From IMG/VR virus record IMGVR_UViG_3300032289_001255, positions 17,432 through 81,431 of that record: a DNA stretch of 64,000 nucleotides, one strand, 5' to 3'. Made by a program: the position numbers and the translations under genes. Shown here in pieces: positions 9,003 to 18,428 of this stretch. The stretch is from a virus. Its lineage: Duplodnaviria > Caudoviricetes. The notes beneath the pieces are model-generated. The model saw only the letters and a program-made list of their open reading frames with translations, searched no databases and was not told the DNA's origin. Numbering within the stretch: position 1 is the stretch's first letter; the number at the start of each line of letters is the position of its first letter.

Positions 9003-9212
9003 ATGTATACACGTACAAATGCTCGTAATAAGACTAACTTCGTAGGACATAACACCACTGGTGTTGAGATTTACCTCTCTACTCCGCTAGCGAAGGCCAA
9101 GAAGGCTTCACGTTTGACACTTCGTAGTGGTAAGACCCGAGTTGATCTTGATGGTCGTCAAATCAAGGCTCTACGTGATGTCTTGAATGCTGGATTTAAT
9201 TCCAAAGCTTGA
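9003..9212 (+). CDS. Small basic hypothetical protein
   Basis: 69 aa, Lys/Arg-rich, core-type codon usage (CGT, GGT, GCT), behind its own promoter. Confidence 0.7.
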   Translation: MYTRTNARNKTNFVGHNTTGVEIYLSTPLAKAKKASRLTLRSGKTRVDLDGRQIKALRDVLNAGFNSKA

Positions 9213-9252
9213 TTTTTTGATGATGGCGTCCATATAAAAAATATATATTTAT

Positions 9253-9504
9253 ATGGATTCTTTATCACATAATCATACAATGTTGTGGCTGCTAGGATTG
9301 CTAGCGGCCACTTTTTCTTTTATAAGTTTGTTTTTATCTTACAAAATAATCAAAAAATTTGACGATTTTCAAATTGCTACTTATGAAGCATTTGAATTAT
9401 TGAATAATGACCGAGGTAGACTTTTAAAAGAAATTGAAGTGTTGCAAAGACGTAGTAGAATGATAAGCAATGAAACAAAAGAAAACAACAGACGAAAAGA
9501 ATAA
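9253..9504 (+). CDS. Small membrane protein (TM helix plus coiled coil)
   Basis: MLWLLGLLAATFSFISLFLSY hydrophobic helix followed by a heptad-like tail. Confidence 0.55.
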   Translation: MDSLSHNHTMLWLLGLLAATFSFISLFLSYKIIKKFDDFQIATYEAFELLNNDRGRLLKEIEVLQRRSRMISNETKENNRRKE

Positions 9505-9943
9505 GTCCCGTGGATTATTTGATCATGTGAGTCATATTCGGGAAGTAAAGAGTGATAACTATTATAATTCTCTTACTGATTCTGAAAAGAACACATTTAA
9601 CAAATATATGTTGTTACGTGTATTGAGCATGGATTCGGATATAATTGAGGAAATGGCATTTGTATCTAAATACTTTCAAAATATACCCAACGATCAATTC
9701 TATAAGCTGTTGATTGAAATTGTGCCAAAAGGAAGACGATTTTCTAAATACATAAAAAAATCAACAGGCAATGTTAATGATACAATTTTAACGTGTATTT
9801 GTGATAAATTTAAAATCGGACAAAAAGACGCAATTGATTATTATAATATTTTTATGGCAGATGAACGTGGGACTAAAGACTTAATAAGTCTGATTGAATG
9901 TTTTGGATATGCGGAAAAAGAAATAGAAAAAATGTTTTCATAA
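9470..9943 (+). CDS. Clamp loader small subunit (T4 gp62-like)
   Basis: LFDHVSHI...FNKYMLLRVLSM...QFYKLL..IVPKGRRFSKYIKK pattern; matching clamp and large loader subunit are in the window. Confidence 0.65.
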   Translation: MKQKKTTDEKNKSRGLFDHVSHIREVKSDNYYNSLTDSEKNTFNKYMLLRVLSMDSDIIEEMAFVSKYFQNIPNDQFYKLLIEIVPKGRRFSKYIKKSTGNVNDTILTCICDKFKIGQKDAIDYYNIFMADERGTKDLISLIECFGYAEKEIEKMFS

Positions 9944-9944
9944 T

Positions 9945-10586
9945 ATGACTATAATTGGAGTATCAGGATACGCTCGTAGTGGTAAAGATTTATTTACAAC
10001 GGTTGCTCAAACAGTTCTAAAAGAACATAAACTTAAATCTGAAAAGTTTGCTCTTGCTTATGAACTTAAAAATGACTTAAAAAGTCTTATTAAAGACAAG
10101 ACGGGTATAGATATTTTTACAGAAAAAACGGAGGAGAAGAATATTATTAGACCATTATTAGTAGCTTATGGCGATGTAATGCGTAAAACTAGTGAAGGTA
10201 CATATTGGACTAATAAAGTTGCACAACGTATACTTAAAAGTAAAGTTGATGTTGTGTTTATAACTGATATTCGATACGATGTTTATCCAGAAGACGAATG
10301 TACTTGGTTACGTAATAAAATGAATGGTAAATTGGTTCATATTACCAAGTTTAAACGTGGAACAGTACCACAGGCTAAAAGATTTAGCAAAGATAAAATT
10401 GTTAAGATATATGATGCTGCTCCAAACGACCATGAGTTATTAAATAACCCCAAAGTAAAAGCAAAAGCTAATTATGCTTTTGAATGGGAAGATTATAGTG
10501 ATAAGTTAAATAGTACTTCATTAGAAGATAGTCCATATATCAGAGAAAAAGTAATAGAAGCTCTAAAAGCAATTAACGTAATTTAA
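9945..10586 (+). CDS. Deoxynucleoside monophosphate kinase (T4 gp1-like)
   Basis: IIGVSGYARSGKD P-loop, FALAYELK, RPLLVAYG, VFITDIRY. Confidence 0.8.
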   Translation: MTIIGVSGYARSGKDLFTTVAQTVLKEHKLKSEKFALAYELKNDLKSLIKDKTGIDIFTEKTEEKNIIRPLLVAYGDVMRKTSEGTYWTNKVAQRILKSKVDVVFITDIRYDVYPEDECTWLRNKMNGKLVHITKFKRGTVPQAKRFSKDKIVKIYDAAPNDHELLNNPKVKAKANYAFEWEDYSDKLNSTSLEDSPYIREKVIEALKAINVI

Positions 10587-10854
10587 TTGTCTTTATTACG
10601 TGATTACTACCATAAGAGAATATAATTTCATTGTCGGTAGTTTTTGTACTAAAATAGGTTATTAAATCGGAGGCATGCGATGATACGAAGTTGATATATA
10701 ACGTATTACATTCTTCTTGCTTCTGATTTTTTCTTTGTTTCTGACAGTTGCAGATTTTATTTAATCCGGTTAGACAGTCTTTTAATCTATCTATTGAAAC
10801 AATATGATCAGATCCTACTAAATTAATAAGTGCTTGATAATTTCCTATATTCAT
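10573..10854 (-). CDS. Hypothetical protein
   Basis: ATG 10854 overlaps the stop of the upstream gene (ATGA coupling); contains ICNC. Confidence 0.55.
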   Translation of the reverse strand: MNIGNYQALINLVGSDHIVSIDRLKDCLTGLNKICNCQKQRKNQKQEECNTLYINFVSSHASDLITYFSTKTTDNEIIFSYGSNHVIKTIKLR

Positions 10855-11228
10855 AACAGTTTCCTTATAATTAAATAAATAGTTAAAGAGCAAATATAGT
10901 TAATTGGCAACATTAAAAAAGAAAACCATTGTTGATATCCAAATAATAATGTTAGTATGTTTACCCCAATCAAAGTCGTCCAAAAACACAAACATATCGG
11001 ACAACTAAGTAATTTAGTTAAATAACTTGGGTAGTTTTCATATAAAAAGTTGGGATAAGTAGACATAACATCTACTTCTAATTTGTATTTCTCAAACTCT
11101 GGTATTTTTAATAAATTACGCAGGTTGGTTAGTTTTGAGATGGTTTGAACTATATCACTGTCAAACCAAACTACCATTATAAACGTGGTATAAAATATAA
11201 GCGGTATATTAAAATCTGTTAGATTCAT
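10851..11228 (-). CDS. DUF1360-like membrane protein
   Basis: KLLSCPICLCFW motif flanked by hydrophobic helices. Confidence 0.55.
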   Translation of the reverse strand: MNLTDFNIPLIFYTTFIMVVWFDSDIVQTISKLTNLRNLLKIPEFEKYKLEVDVMSTYPNFLYENYPSYLTKLLSCPICLCFWTTLIGVNILTLLFGYQQWFSFLMLPINYICSLTIYLIIRKLL

Positions 11229-12430
11229 TTTGTTAATTGATTTTTGTACCAATCTTCGTTGAGATCGATTAAACTTTTACTGTACGTATTTAAATTATTT
11301 ATCTTTACTTTAAAGATGTCATATTCTAATTCACCTACAACACCACTGTCTTCTAGTATTAATTGCAACATATTAAAGAATTCAAAACTTTGATTTGTTA
11401 ATTTAATAGCGTCAAATTCAATAATAATATCATTTGTTTTTCGATCTTCGTATCTCTTTAATTTTTTACTGAGATCAAATTTAGTATTTTTTTGTTCGGC
11501 TTGAATATAACGTTCATATGGAACATCTGTATAGATGGCATCACACCATGGTTCTAATAGTGCTAACTTGTATTCGTCACAATTTCTAACCACAAATCCC
11601 ACGTTATATCTATTTGGAACAATTGGTTTCATCGTGTCATTGTGTTTAACAAAATGTCCCCATTTACGAATAAAGTTTCTGGCACTACGGTTGTTTTGCG
11701 CTAACCATTCGTCGCTTTCTTTACCTACTGTGGTCAATGTAGGATTGTATCTACTGCCTCTACAGGTCATATGATATACACAACCTTCCCATGTTTGTAC
11801 AAACTTATAACCTTTTAATAGAAAACGGTTGAATATATCGCTGTCTTCTTTGCTTTGAGGAGCATATAGATCGTCATGACCTCCAATAGATTGAAAATCG
11901 CTCTTATAAAGGGCCCATGGCGCAAAGATTCCTTCTGTGGTTTTATCTTTTCTGGTCAAACGGGTATCATTGAACCATTTCAATAAAGCAGCTTCATTAA
12001 ACTCTTCTGGCTCGGTACCAAATGCTTGTACGATCTTTTCTGGACCGGGAGGATGTAGAGGTGGTTCAATGCGAGTTAGACTGACGATTGTGCCTGGTTG
12101 AATATATTTTTCTACATATTTATCGAAGTTAGGACATGCGTACATATCAGCGTGGTAGATCATTACCACATCGTTAGTAGCTACTTCATTTATAAGACGA
12201 TCATATAGAATTGTGTGACCCAATCTGGTTGGACCTTCGTTACGGATAAATTTGAAGTGTGGATCTTTTTCGGCTGTTTCTTTACACCATTCCAATGTAC
12301 CGTCATTACTAAAGTCGTCTGCAACACAGATTTCATGTTCTTTATGACTTAAATTTTTACGAATAGCTTCGTAACTCCATTTAAGATATTTTAGGTTATT
12401 TCTGCTTGGTTGAATAAAACTTATTTTCAT
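11225..12430 (-). CDS. Glycosyltransferase family 2
   Basis: ISFIQPSRN, CVADDFSNDGT, MIYHADMY, KEDSDIFNRF, VYHMTCRGSR. Confidence 0.88.
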   Translation of the reverse strand: MKISFIQPSRNNLKYLKWSYEAIRKNLSHKEHEICVADDFSNDGTLEWCKETAEKDPHFKFIRNEGPTRLGHTILYDRLINEVATNDVVMIYHADMYACPNFDKYVEKYIQPGTIVSLTRIEPPLHPPGPEKIVQAFGTEPEEFNEAALLKWFNDTRLTRKDKTTEGIFAPWALYKSDFQSIGGHDDLYAPQSKEDSDIFNRFLLKGYKFVQTWEGCVYHMTCRGSRYNPTLTTVGKESDEWLAQNNRSARNFIRKWGHFVKHNDTMKPIVPNRYNVGFVVRNCDEYKLALLEPWCDAIYTDVPYERYIQAEQKNTKFDLSKKLKRYEDRKTNDIIIEFDAIKLTNQSFEFFNMLQLILEDSGVVGELEYDIFKVKINNLNTYSKSLIDLNEDWYKNQLTK

Positions 12431-12431
12431 A

Positions 12432-13355
12432 CTATTTAAATATTGACTGTATGGTACCTAACAGTTTATTATAATTGCGTCCTCCGTTTTTTTTCCAATC
12501 TTCAATGTTGTCGTATACCGGATGTACCTTTGCATTAGATAATTTGTTAATATAACTATCTGGATACTCCAAATACATAGGTCTTAATTCTTTACCTTTA
12601 TTTACATATTTAACAACGGGTTTATCAAAATAAGCACAAAGAATGCCTCCGCCACCATTCATTGTAATAAAACCATCTGATTCGGAGAATAGTTTTAACT
12701 GCAATGTATTATAATCTAGATTATATTGTTTCTGTAAATCATTTAAATTTAAAACTTTGTTATTAAAGTATTTACATAAATCAAAATCTGTAATTGTCCC
12801 TAGATTTTCTATATTTGATATTAATGATAATTTATTCTCCAGTGTAATTTGTTCATTAGAATCTAATACAAATTCGTCGTTGACAGGCCTTTTATAAATA
12901 ACGGTATAACCTTTGTCCGTCAAATAAGAAAACATTTCAGATAGATTTTGAATATCAAAGTATCTATAAGGTCTAAACCCATCAGGACCAGGCTCAAAGT
13001 TACATATATTATTAACAACTACATATGGTTTTAAGTCATCAAATAGATTATTTTTATAATACTCTCTATATGACGGAGCAATCCATTCACTGTAATCTAT
13101 AACACCGTTTCTTCTACCTCCAGCGTCTGAATTGTGAATCCATTTATTGGGTACATCTTTTAATGCGATGGAATTATCTAATGTACGTTCATTGAATGAT
13201 TCTACTACATTATCACAAAAGTAATAAAAGGGTTTCATTCCTTTTGAAGTAACTACCTTTTCCAATAAATTATTTTTATGTAAATAATATGCGTAAGGTA
13301 CACAGAGAACTATTTCGGATGCAAATTCTGGATTTACTTCAATCGTTTTTTTCAT
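12432..13355 (-). CDS. Putative GT-B glycosyltransferase (GT9-like)
   Basis: C-terminal FITMNGGGGILCAYFDKPVV resembles GT9; position within the operon. Confidence 0.45.
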   Translation of the reverse strand: MKKTIEVNPEFASEIVLCVPYAYYLHKNNLLEKVVTSKGMKPFYYFCDNVVESFNERTLDNSIALKDVPNKWIHNSDAGGRRNGVIDYSEWIAPSYREYYKNNLFDDLKPYVVVNNICNFEPGPDGFRPYRYFDIQNLSEMFSYLTDKGYTVIYKRPVNDEFVLDSNEQITLENKLSLISNIENLGTITDFDLCKYFNNKVLNLNDLQKQYNLDYNTLQLKLFSESDGFITMNGGGGILCAYFDKPVVKYVNKGKELRPMYLEYPDSYINKLSNAKVHPVYDNIEDWKKNGGRNYNKLLGTIQSIFK

Positions 13356-13782
13356 TTTCTATGATTTGTTTATATTGTTTATCTATTTTATTTTTACACA
13401 ATGCTCTGGTTTCATTTGCTTTTCTTAATATTTTATGATTTAATTTGAATTTATCAACCGATGGATTATCAGATAAAGCCTCAGTTAAATTTTGTTTATC
13501 TGCCTGACCAGTAGTTATATTACTTTTAATGAGTTCTTCCACAGTTTCTATAATAGCATTATACTTATATGTTCTTTTTTCTTCTATATAATCATAATGT
13601 TTTGATTCATATGTTTTAATTAATATTTCACTTATTTTATTTTTTATTTCGTTTATGATCTCGTTCTGATGAATAACATTTTCAGAAAGATTATCTTTTG
13701 TAAAAAAATAAAGTTTTATGTTTTCTACAATCAGTCTATCAAGCAATACAGATAATGTATTTATGTTTGTTATATATTTCAT
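13339..13782 (-). CDS. DUF4254-like helical protein
   Basis: TLSVLLDRLIVENIKLY...NETRALCKNKIDK pattern. Confidence 0.45.
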   Translation of the reverse strand: MKYITNINTLSVLLDRLIVENIKLYFFTKDNLSENVIHQNEIINEIKNKISEILIKTYESKHYDYIEEKRTYKYNAIIETVEELIKSNITTGQADKQNLTEALSDNPSVDKFKLNHKILRKANETRALCKNKIDKQYKQIIENEKND

Positions 13783-14984
13783 ATTAACCCCCGTTCTATA
13801 GTAATTTCAGGAAAGTATCTCAGATATAAATCGTTTGTATTATCTCTTACTTTTACTATTCCAGCCTTTATTTCATCGAAGAAATTCCAAGCTAGTGGTA
13901 TAAATAAAATCTTGTCATAATCTTTATATTTGTTCAATATATCAATTGAAGTAATTTCTATGTTTGTACCCGGTGTATATAACCCTTGTTTTAATTTATT
14001 ATCGTCTATTATACAATCTAATTTTACATCTGCAAAGTTCAAGAATGTATTTCCCTTGGCAGCTGCGCCGTATCCTATGATTTTGTATCCATTTGTACGA
14101 TGATCTGTGATAACCTTCTTGAATTCGTTTACAATACCATTTACGTTAGATTCGTATTGTTGATAAATCTTATTGTTTAAGAGTCCGTATGATCTCTCCA
14201 ATTCAATCAAATTATTAATTAGAAATGGTCTTTTATTTAATTTAGATAACACAAACAAATAACTCGTACCATGTACTGGAGTTTTTATTACATCTACCAG
14301 ATGAAACTTGGTTCGTTTGACCAATTCATTAAATGAGTTAATGTTGAAAAATGAAATGTGTTCGTGGTAAATGGTATCAAACTGATTATGTTTTATCATT
14401 TCCGCTTGAGACGTTTGGATAAACAAATATGATTGATCATGCATCAATTCATAACAATCATCGAGAAATTTCTTAGCATTTTCATTGTGTGCAAATACAT
14501 TTTGCCCAACAACTATATCAAATTCTCTTCCATCGAAATGTTTTTTGTCAAAGTAATCACATACAACATTGTGATTTTTACTACTGATATGATGTAGATT
14601 TTGCGCGGGATCTATGCCGTATGTCTTGTACTCTAACTTTTTAAAACTATTTAACTGAGATCCGTCATTACATGCAATTTCTAATATGGTTTCGGAATCG
14701 GGACTATATTCTTTTACATAAGAAGCGAACCAATCAAAATAACTTAGTAACGTCTTTGTGGTACCACTTACGTAAAGATAGTTTTTAAACAAAAGATCGG
14801 GATTTACTATATGAGACAATTGCAAGTGATAACAGTTATTACAAAGATTAAGCTTAAGAGGAAACTTATCTAACCTTTCATCTGTAGCGTGATATGAGTT
14901 AGCTAACGGTTGGTCCTTAAGATCCAAAACTTGAATTAAATTGACAGAATTACAACATATGCAGTTTAATTTTTCTTTATACAT
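13779..14984 (-). CDS. NDP-hexose C-methyltransferase (Zn-binding N-domain, class I SAM domain, C-terminal domain; NovU/TcaB9/EryBIII type)
   Basis: CICC..LDLKDQPLANSY, CNNCYHLQL, YLYVSGT, EIACNDGSQL, DTIYHEHISFF, PVHGTS, GYGAAAKGNTFLN. Confidence 0.9.
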   Translation of the reverse strand: MYKEKLNCICCNSVNLIQVLDLKDQPLANSYHATDERLDKFPLKLNLCNNCYHLQLSHIVNPDLLFKNYLYVSGTTKTLLSYFDWFASYVKEYSPDSETILEIACNDGSQLNSFKKLEYKTYGIDPAQNLHHISSKNHNVVCDYFDKKHFDGREFDIVVGQNVFAHNENAKKFLDDCYELMHDQSYLFIQTSQAEMIKHNQFDTIYHEHISFFNINSFNELVKRTKFHLVDVIKTPVHGTSYLFVLSKLNKRPFLINNLIELERSYGLLNNKIYQQYESNVNGIVNEFKKVITDHRTNGYKIIGYGAAAKGNTFLNFADVKLDCIIDDNKLKQGLYTPGTNIEITSIDILNKYKDYDKILFIPLAWNFFDEIKAGIVKVRDNTNDLYLRYFPEITIERGLI

Positions 14985-15879
14985 AACAACTTGGCAGATT
15001 GGTTCTATTTGATTTTATTTTAATTTGATCTAGATTATCAATCAAGTTTCTATATATAGAATCTACGGTATCTACAAATTTAAATTTAAATTCTGATTCG
15101 AATTTCTCGTTTGTTACCGTAAAACTATAACTGGTTGACAAACTATCATTAACAACTAACTCACATCCGTTAATAGATTGGATTTTTTTAGCAAGTTCGA
15201 CTATAGAATATGAACATGAAATTATATTATAAACGTCGGATTTAATATTTTTTGTAACAACAATTTTTTCTATTGCATTACACAAGTCGTCTATACCGAG
15301 TAAAGATCTACGAATATTTCCATTAGATACAAAGATTTTATTTTGTTCCAAACTACTTAGAGTCATCGCGTTAATAACTAAATCTGTTCTCAAATTAGGA
15401 GAATAACCATTTACAGTACCAAATCTAAGACCTACACATCGTTTGTTAATGGATAAATTTGTTATATAGTCCAATGCTTGTTTTGAAAAATCGTAATTGT
15501 TTAGAGGTGATTCTAATTTATCGTTCTCATTTAATACCTTGTTTCCATTTCCATATACACTACAACTGGATGCATATATTAATACTTGTTCCGAATTCAA
15601 CTTTTCTACTAAATTACTAAAATACGTAACGTTATTTTTTACGGTTTTATATAGATCTTTACACATACCTACACTAGAGAATCCTGCGAGTAATATGACA
15701 TGTGTGTATTTTTCCAAGTCTTGTTTGGTCAAATCGTCATAATTTTTAACGATTGTTTCGTCGTAAATCTTTCCGTACCAACATAAATCTAAGTTATCTA
15801 CGTTGTAATTTTTCTTTTTCAACTGGTTATAGAGTCTGGATCCGATGTAACCGTTGCCGCCGATTAATAATATTTTCAT
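14977..15879 (-). CDS. NAD-dependent epimerase/dehydratase/reductase (extended SDR)
   Basis: GGNGYIG, YASSCSVYG, YDFSK (YxxxK), LRFGTVNGYSPNLRTDL. Confidence 0.9.
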   Translation of the reverse strand: MKILLIGGNGYIGSRLYNQLKKKNYNVDNLDLCWYGKIYDETIVKNYDDLTKQDLEKYTHVILLAGFSSVGMCKDLYKTVKNNVTYFSNLVEKLNSEQVLIYASSCSVYGNGNKVLNENDKLESPLNNYDFSKQALDYITNLSINKRCVGLRFGTVNGYSPNLRTDLVINAMTLSSLEQNKIFVSNGNIRRSLLGIDDLCNAIEKIVVTKNIKSDVYNIISCSYSIVELAKKIQSINGCELVVNDSLSTSYSFTVTNEKFESEFKFKFVDTVDSIYRNLIDNLDQIKIKSNRTNLPSCYV

Positions 15880-15882
15880 GAT

Positions 15883-16641
15883 TTATGAATATAACTGTTT
15901 GTACGTTCTTTCCATCCAATAAGAAACATGTCTGTCATTCTGTGGTATTGCGTTGAAATGATATATCCATCCGCAGTTTATAAAATGTAAATCATCACTA
16001 AACCAGCTATGACCTGGTATATGTAAAAGATTTTTTCGGAATAGATCTTGTAAATTATAACACTCGGGTAGATAATTAATGTCTATTTTATTTGCTTGTA
16101 GTATATAGTTTATTATTGTTTGATCTGTACCCGCCTTTATTTCTGATGTTAAACGATTGATTTCGTTAATATTATCAGTGTAAAAGTTTTTTATGGTATC
16201 GTAAATAGATTTTGTAGACTTTCCTCCGATTATAAATCCTCCATTTATATACTTCCAAGGATACACATCGGATTGATTTGGAAAAATAGACTTCCATCCT
16301 TTAATGCTTCTACAAGTCCATTCATAACACCCATTATTTAATACTGCTGAAAATTTATTGTTGGTTTCATTAAAAAAGTTAGGACAGTTAGGATGTACAA
16401 TTGTATCAGCATCTACCATCAAAACTTGATCGTAATCTATATTATTATATTCCAAAATATCGTGTACCCACCATCTCTGTAGTGTGATTTTGACCTTACT
16501 AGGATCCATAATTGGGTCCGTCCATTCAATCAACTTGACATCGTTTTTATCACACCAATGTTTCCAACTTTTGACACTATAATGATATGGATTGCTTCTT
16601 CCATTTTTCAAATCTATATTAGGAATGAATACAACATTCAT
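15883..16641 (-). CDS. GT8-like glycosyltransferase
   Basis: LMVDADT (DxD), YINGGFI, DQTIINY, IYHFNA. Confidence 0.75.
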   Translation of the reverse strand: MNVVFIPNIDLKNGRSNPYHYSVKSWKHWCDKNDVKLIEWTDPIMDPSKVKITLQRWWVHDILEYNNIDYDQVLMVDADTIVHPNCPNFFNETNNKFSAVLNNGCYEWTCRSIKGWKSIFPNQSDVYPWKYINGGFIIGGKSTKSIYDTIKNFYTDNINEINRLTSEIKAGTDQTIINYILQANKIDINYLPECYNLQDLFRKNLLHIPGHSWFSDDLHFINCGWIYHFNAIPQNDRHVSYWMERTYKQLYS

Positions 16642-16642
16642 A

Positions 16643-17491
16643 TTACTTACTATCTGTGACTGCGGACTTTGACTTTTCCCAGTCTTTATTTTTTCTAACT
16701 GATAAATTTCGATTCCAAGCTGCCTTTAATATAACGGGGTCAATATCAAATTTTTCAAATGTTTCTATAAAAGCGTTAATATCTTTTGGAAAACATGTGC
16801 CGCCAAATCCAAAATCATTATCGTGACCTGGTACTTGATAGTGACTTATACCAATTCTGCCATCGGACATAACACCACCTAATATTTTATCCCAAGATAG
16901 ATTTAATTTATCAGATAACAAAAACATTTCATTGAAGAATGATACTTTAGTTGCAAAGAAACAATTTGCAAAGTACTTTACAAATTCTGATTCTTTACTT
17001 TTCATTACATGACATGGAACTCCTGGGAATCTTTCTTCATATAACTTTTTAATGGTTAATGTTCCATTTACTTCTTCTCCGCCAACTATATTTCTACTAG
17101 GTGTAATAAAATCAATAGCAGCAGATCTTGCAGTCAAAAATTCGGGAGAATGAATGATTTTTAGTGAATTGAACTTTTCACAAAGATAATCTGTGGTACC
17201 AATCGGAACGGTTGATTTAATCACAAATATTGTTTGTGGATTATAAGTGTGGGTTATTACGGTATTAAAGAAATCAACAATATAAGAAGTATCCGATCCT
17301 AATGTATCTTTAAACATTGGAGTTGGTAAACAAACAAATACAATATCTTGTATTATAGTCTCGTCAAATGAATGTGTAGATTTTGCACTATTTACATCAT
17401 AGATTTTAACATCATGATAGTGATTTAAACCTCTGCAAATAGCACTTCCGACAAAGCCATTACCAACAATTCCGATTTTAAATTTTTGCAT
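16643..17491 (-). CDS. UDP-glucose/GDP-mannose dehydrogenase family, short form lacking the C-terminal domain
   Basis: GIVGNGFVG, VCLPTP, IKSTVPIG, SPEFL, GFGGTCFPKD catalytic Cys; only 282 aa. Confidence 0.88.
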   Translation of the reverse strand: MQKFKIGIVGNGFVGSAICRGLNHYHDVKIYDVNSAKSTHSFDETIIQDIVFVCLPTPMFKDTLGSDTSYIVDFFNTVITHTYNPQTIFVIKSTVPIGTTDYLCEKFNSLKIIHSPEFLTARSAAIDFITPSRNIVGGEEVNGTLTIKKLYEERFPGVPCHVMKSKESEFVKYFANCFFATKVSFFNEMFLLSDKLNLSWDKILGGVMSDGRIGISHYQVPGHDNDFGFGGTCFPKDINAFIETFEKFDIDPVILKAAWNRNLSVRKNKDWEKSKSAVTDSK

Positions 17492-18428
17492 AAATATTGT
17501 TCCAATTTTGTAACCATTTTTCTTCTGTATAATACATTAGATAATTATCTTTTGCGGTATCTGAACAGTAATTATAAAACTCTTTGTCGTCTCTTAATCT
17601 TATTGATAGTTGATTTGCTTTTTCTATATCGCCTATGTTGACACTTAGTTCTGGATGCAATGTCTCTTGTGTGTCTAATCCTGTATATCCTATACATGGT
17701 ATACCCAAATAAGCACAGTTAAGAGCAAATGTACCCGCCGCATGTGTACGCATTAAGTGTATGCCCACATTAAAATTGGCAAGTGTTTTAATCCACTCAG
17801 TCCACATCGTGTATGGTAAATGATGTAAGTTGGGAAATTGTTCTTCGTTTTCAATTTTTCTTCCCATGCTAGGGATGAAAGTTGGCTTGTTGAAGTTTTG
17901 TGCTACAAAGTAACTGTCTACACCACCATACCAACTACAGAAGTTTCCGCCTATAATAGGCATACCATTATTTTCACGGAGTATATTTTTAACGGTATCT
18001 TCTATCATCAAAGACTGTAAATTAAATGTGGGTTTCTTAAATATACCTTTGAAGTATGAAATATCACTCTTGTTATGAGTTAATAGAAAGTCCATTGAAC
18101 TTAGAAAATTAATATAATTAACTTGATTTGTATAATTATAATCTTGATAATACCAAGCCGGACCTTCTTGCATCACTGTTACTTTTTTGCCAATAGCTTT
18201 GACTAGATCTAACAATCGGACAATATCAAAGTTTTCTAACTTTTTTGGTAATATTACAATAACAACGTCATATTGGGAAACTGCTTTAGCCGGTTTACTC
18301 AGAAGATACTGAATAGGAAAATGATCCGCGTCTAATGCAAGTTGCCACGAAAATTCTGTACGGCAGTTTTCGAAGTCTCTGGGTAGTTTGCCAGAATGAC
18401 CATTCTGACTAACAAAACAAATTTTCAT
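17478..18428 (-). CDS. Putative GT-B glycosyltransferase
   Basis: HLMRTHAAGTFALNCAYLGIPCIG resembles the GT-B C-terminal donor-binding segment. Confidence 0.55.
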   Translation of the reverse strand: MKICFVSQNGHSGKLPRDFENCRTEFSWQLALDADHFPIQYLLSKPAKAVSQYDVVIVILPKKLENFDIVRLLDLVKAIGKKVTVMQEGPAWYYQDYNYTNQVNYINFLSSMDFLLTHNKSDISYFKGIFKKPTFNLQSLMIEDTVKNILRENNGMPIIGGNFCSWYGGVDSYFVAQNFNKPTFIPSMGRKIENEEQFPNLHHLPYTMWTEWIKTLANFNVGIHLMRTHAAGTFALNCAYLGIPCIGYTGLDTQETLHPELSVNIGDIEKANQLSIRLRDDKEFYNYCSDTAKDNYLMYYTEEKWLQNWNNIYAKI

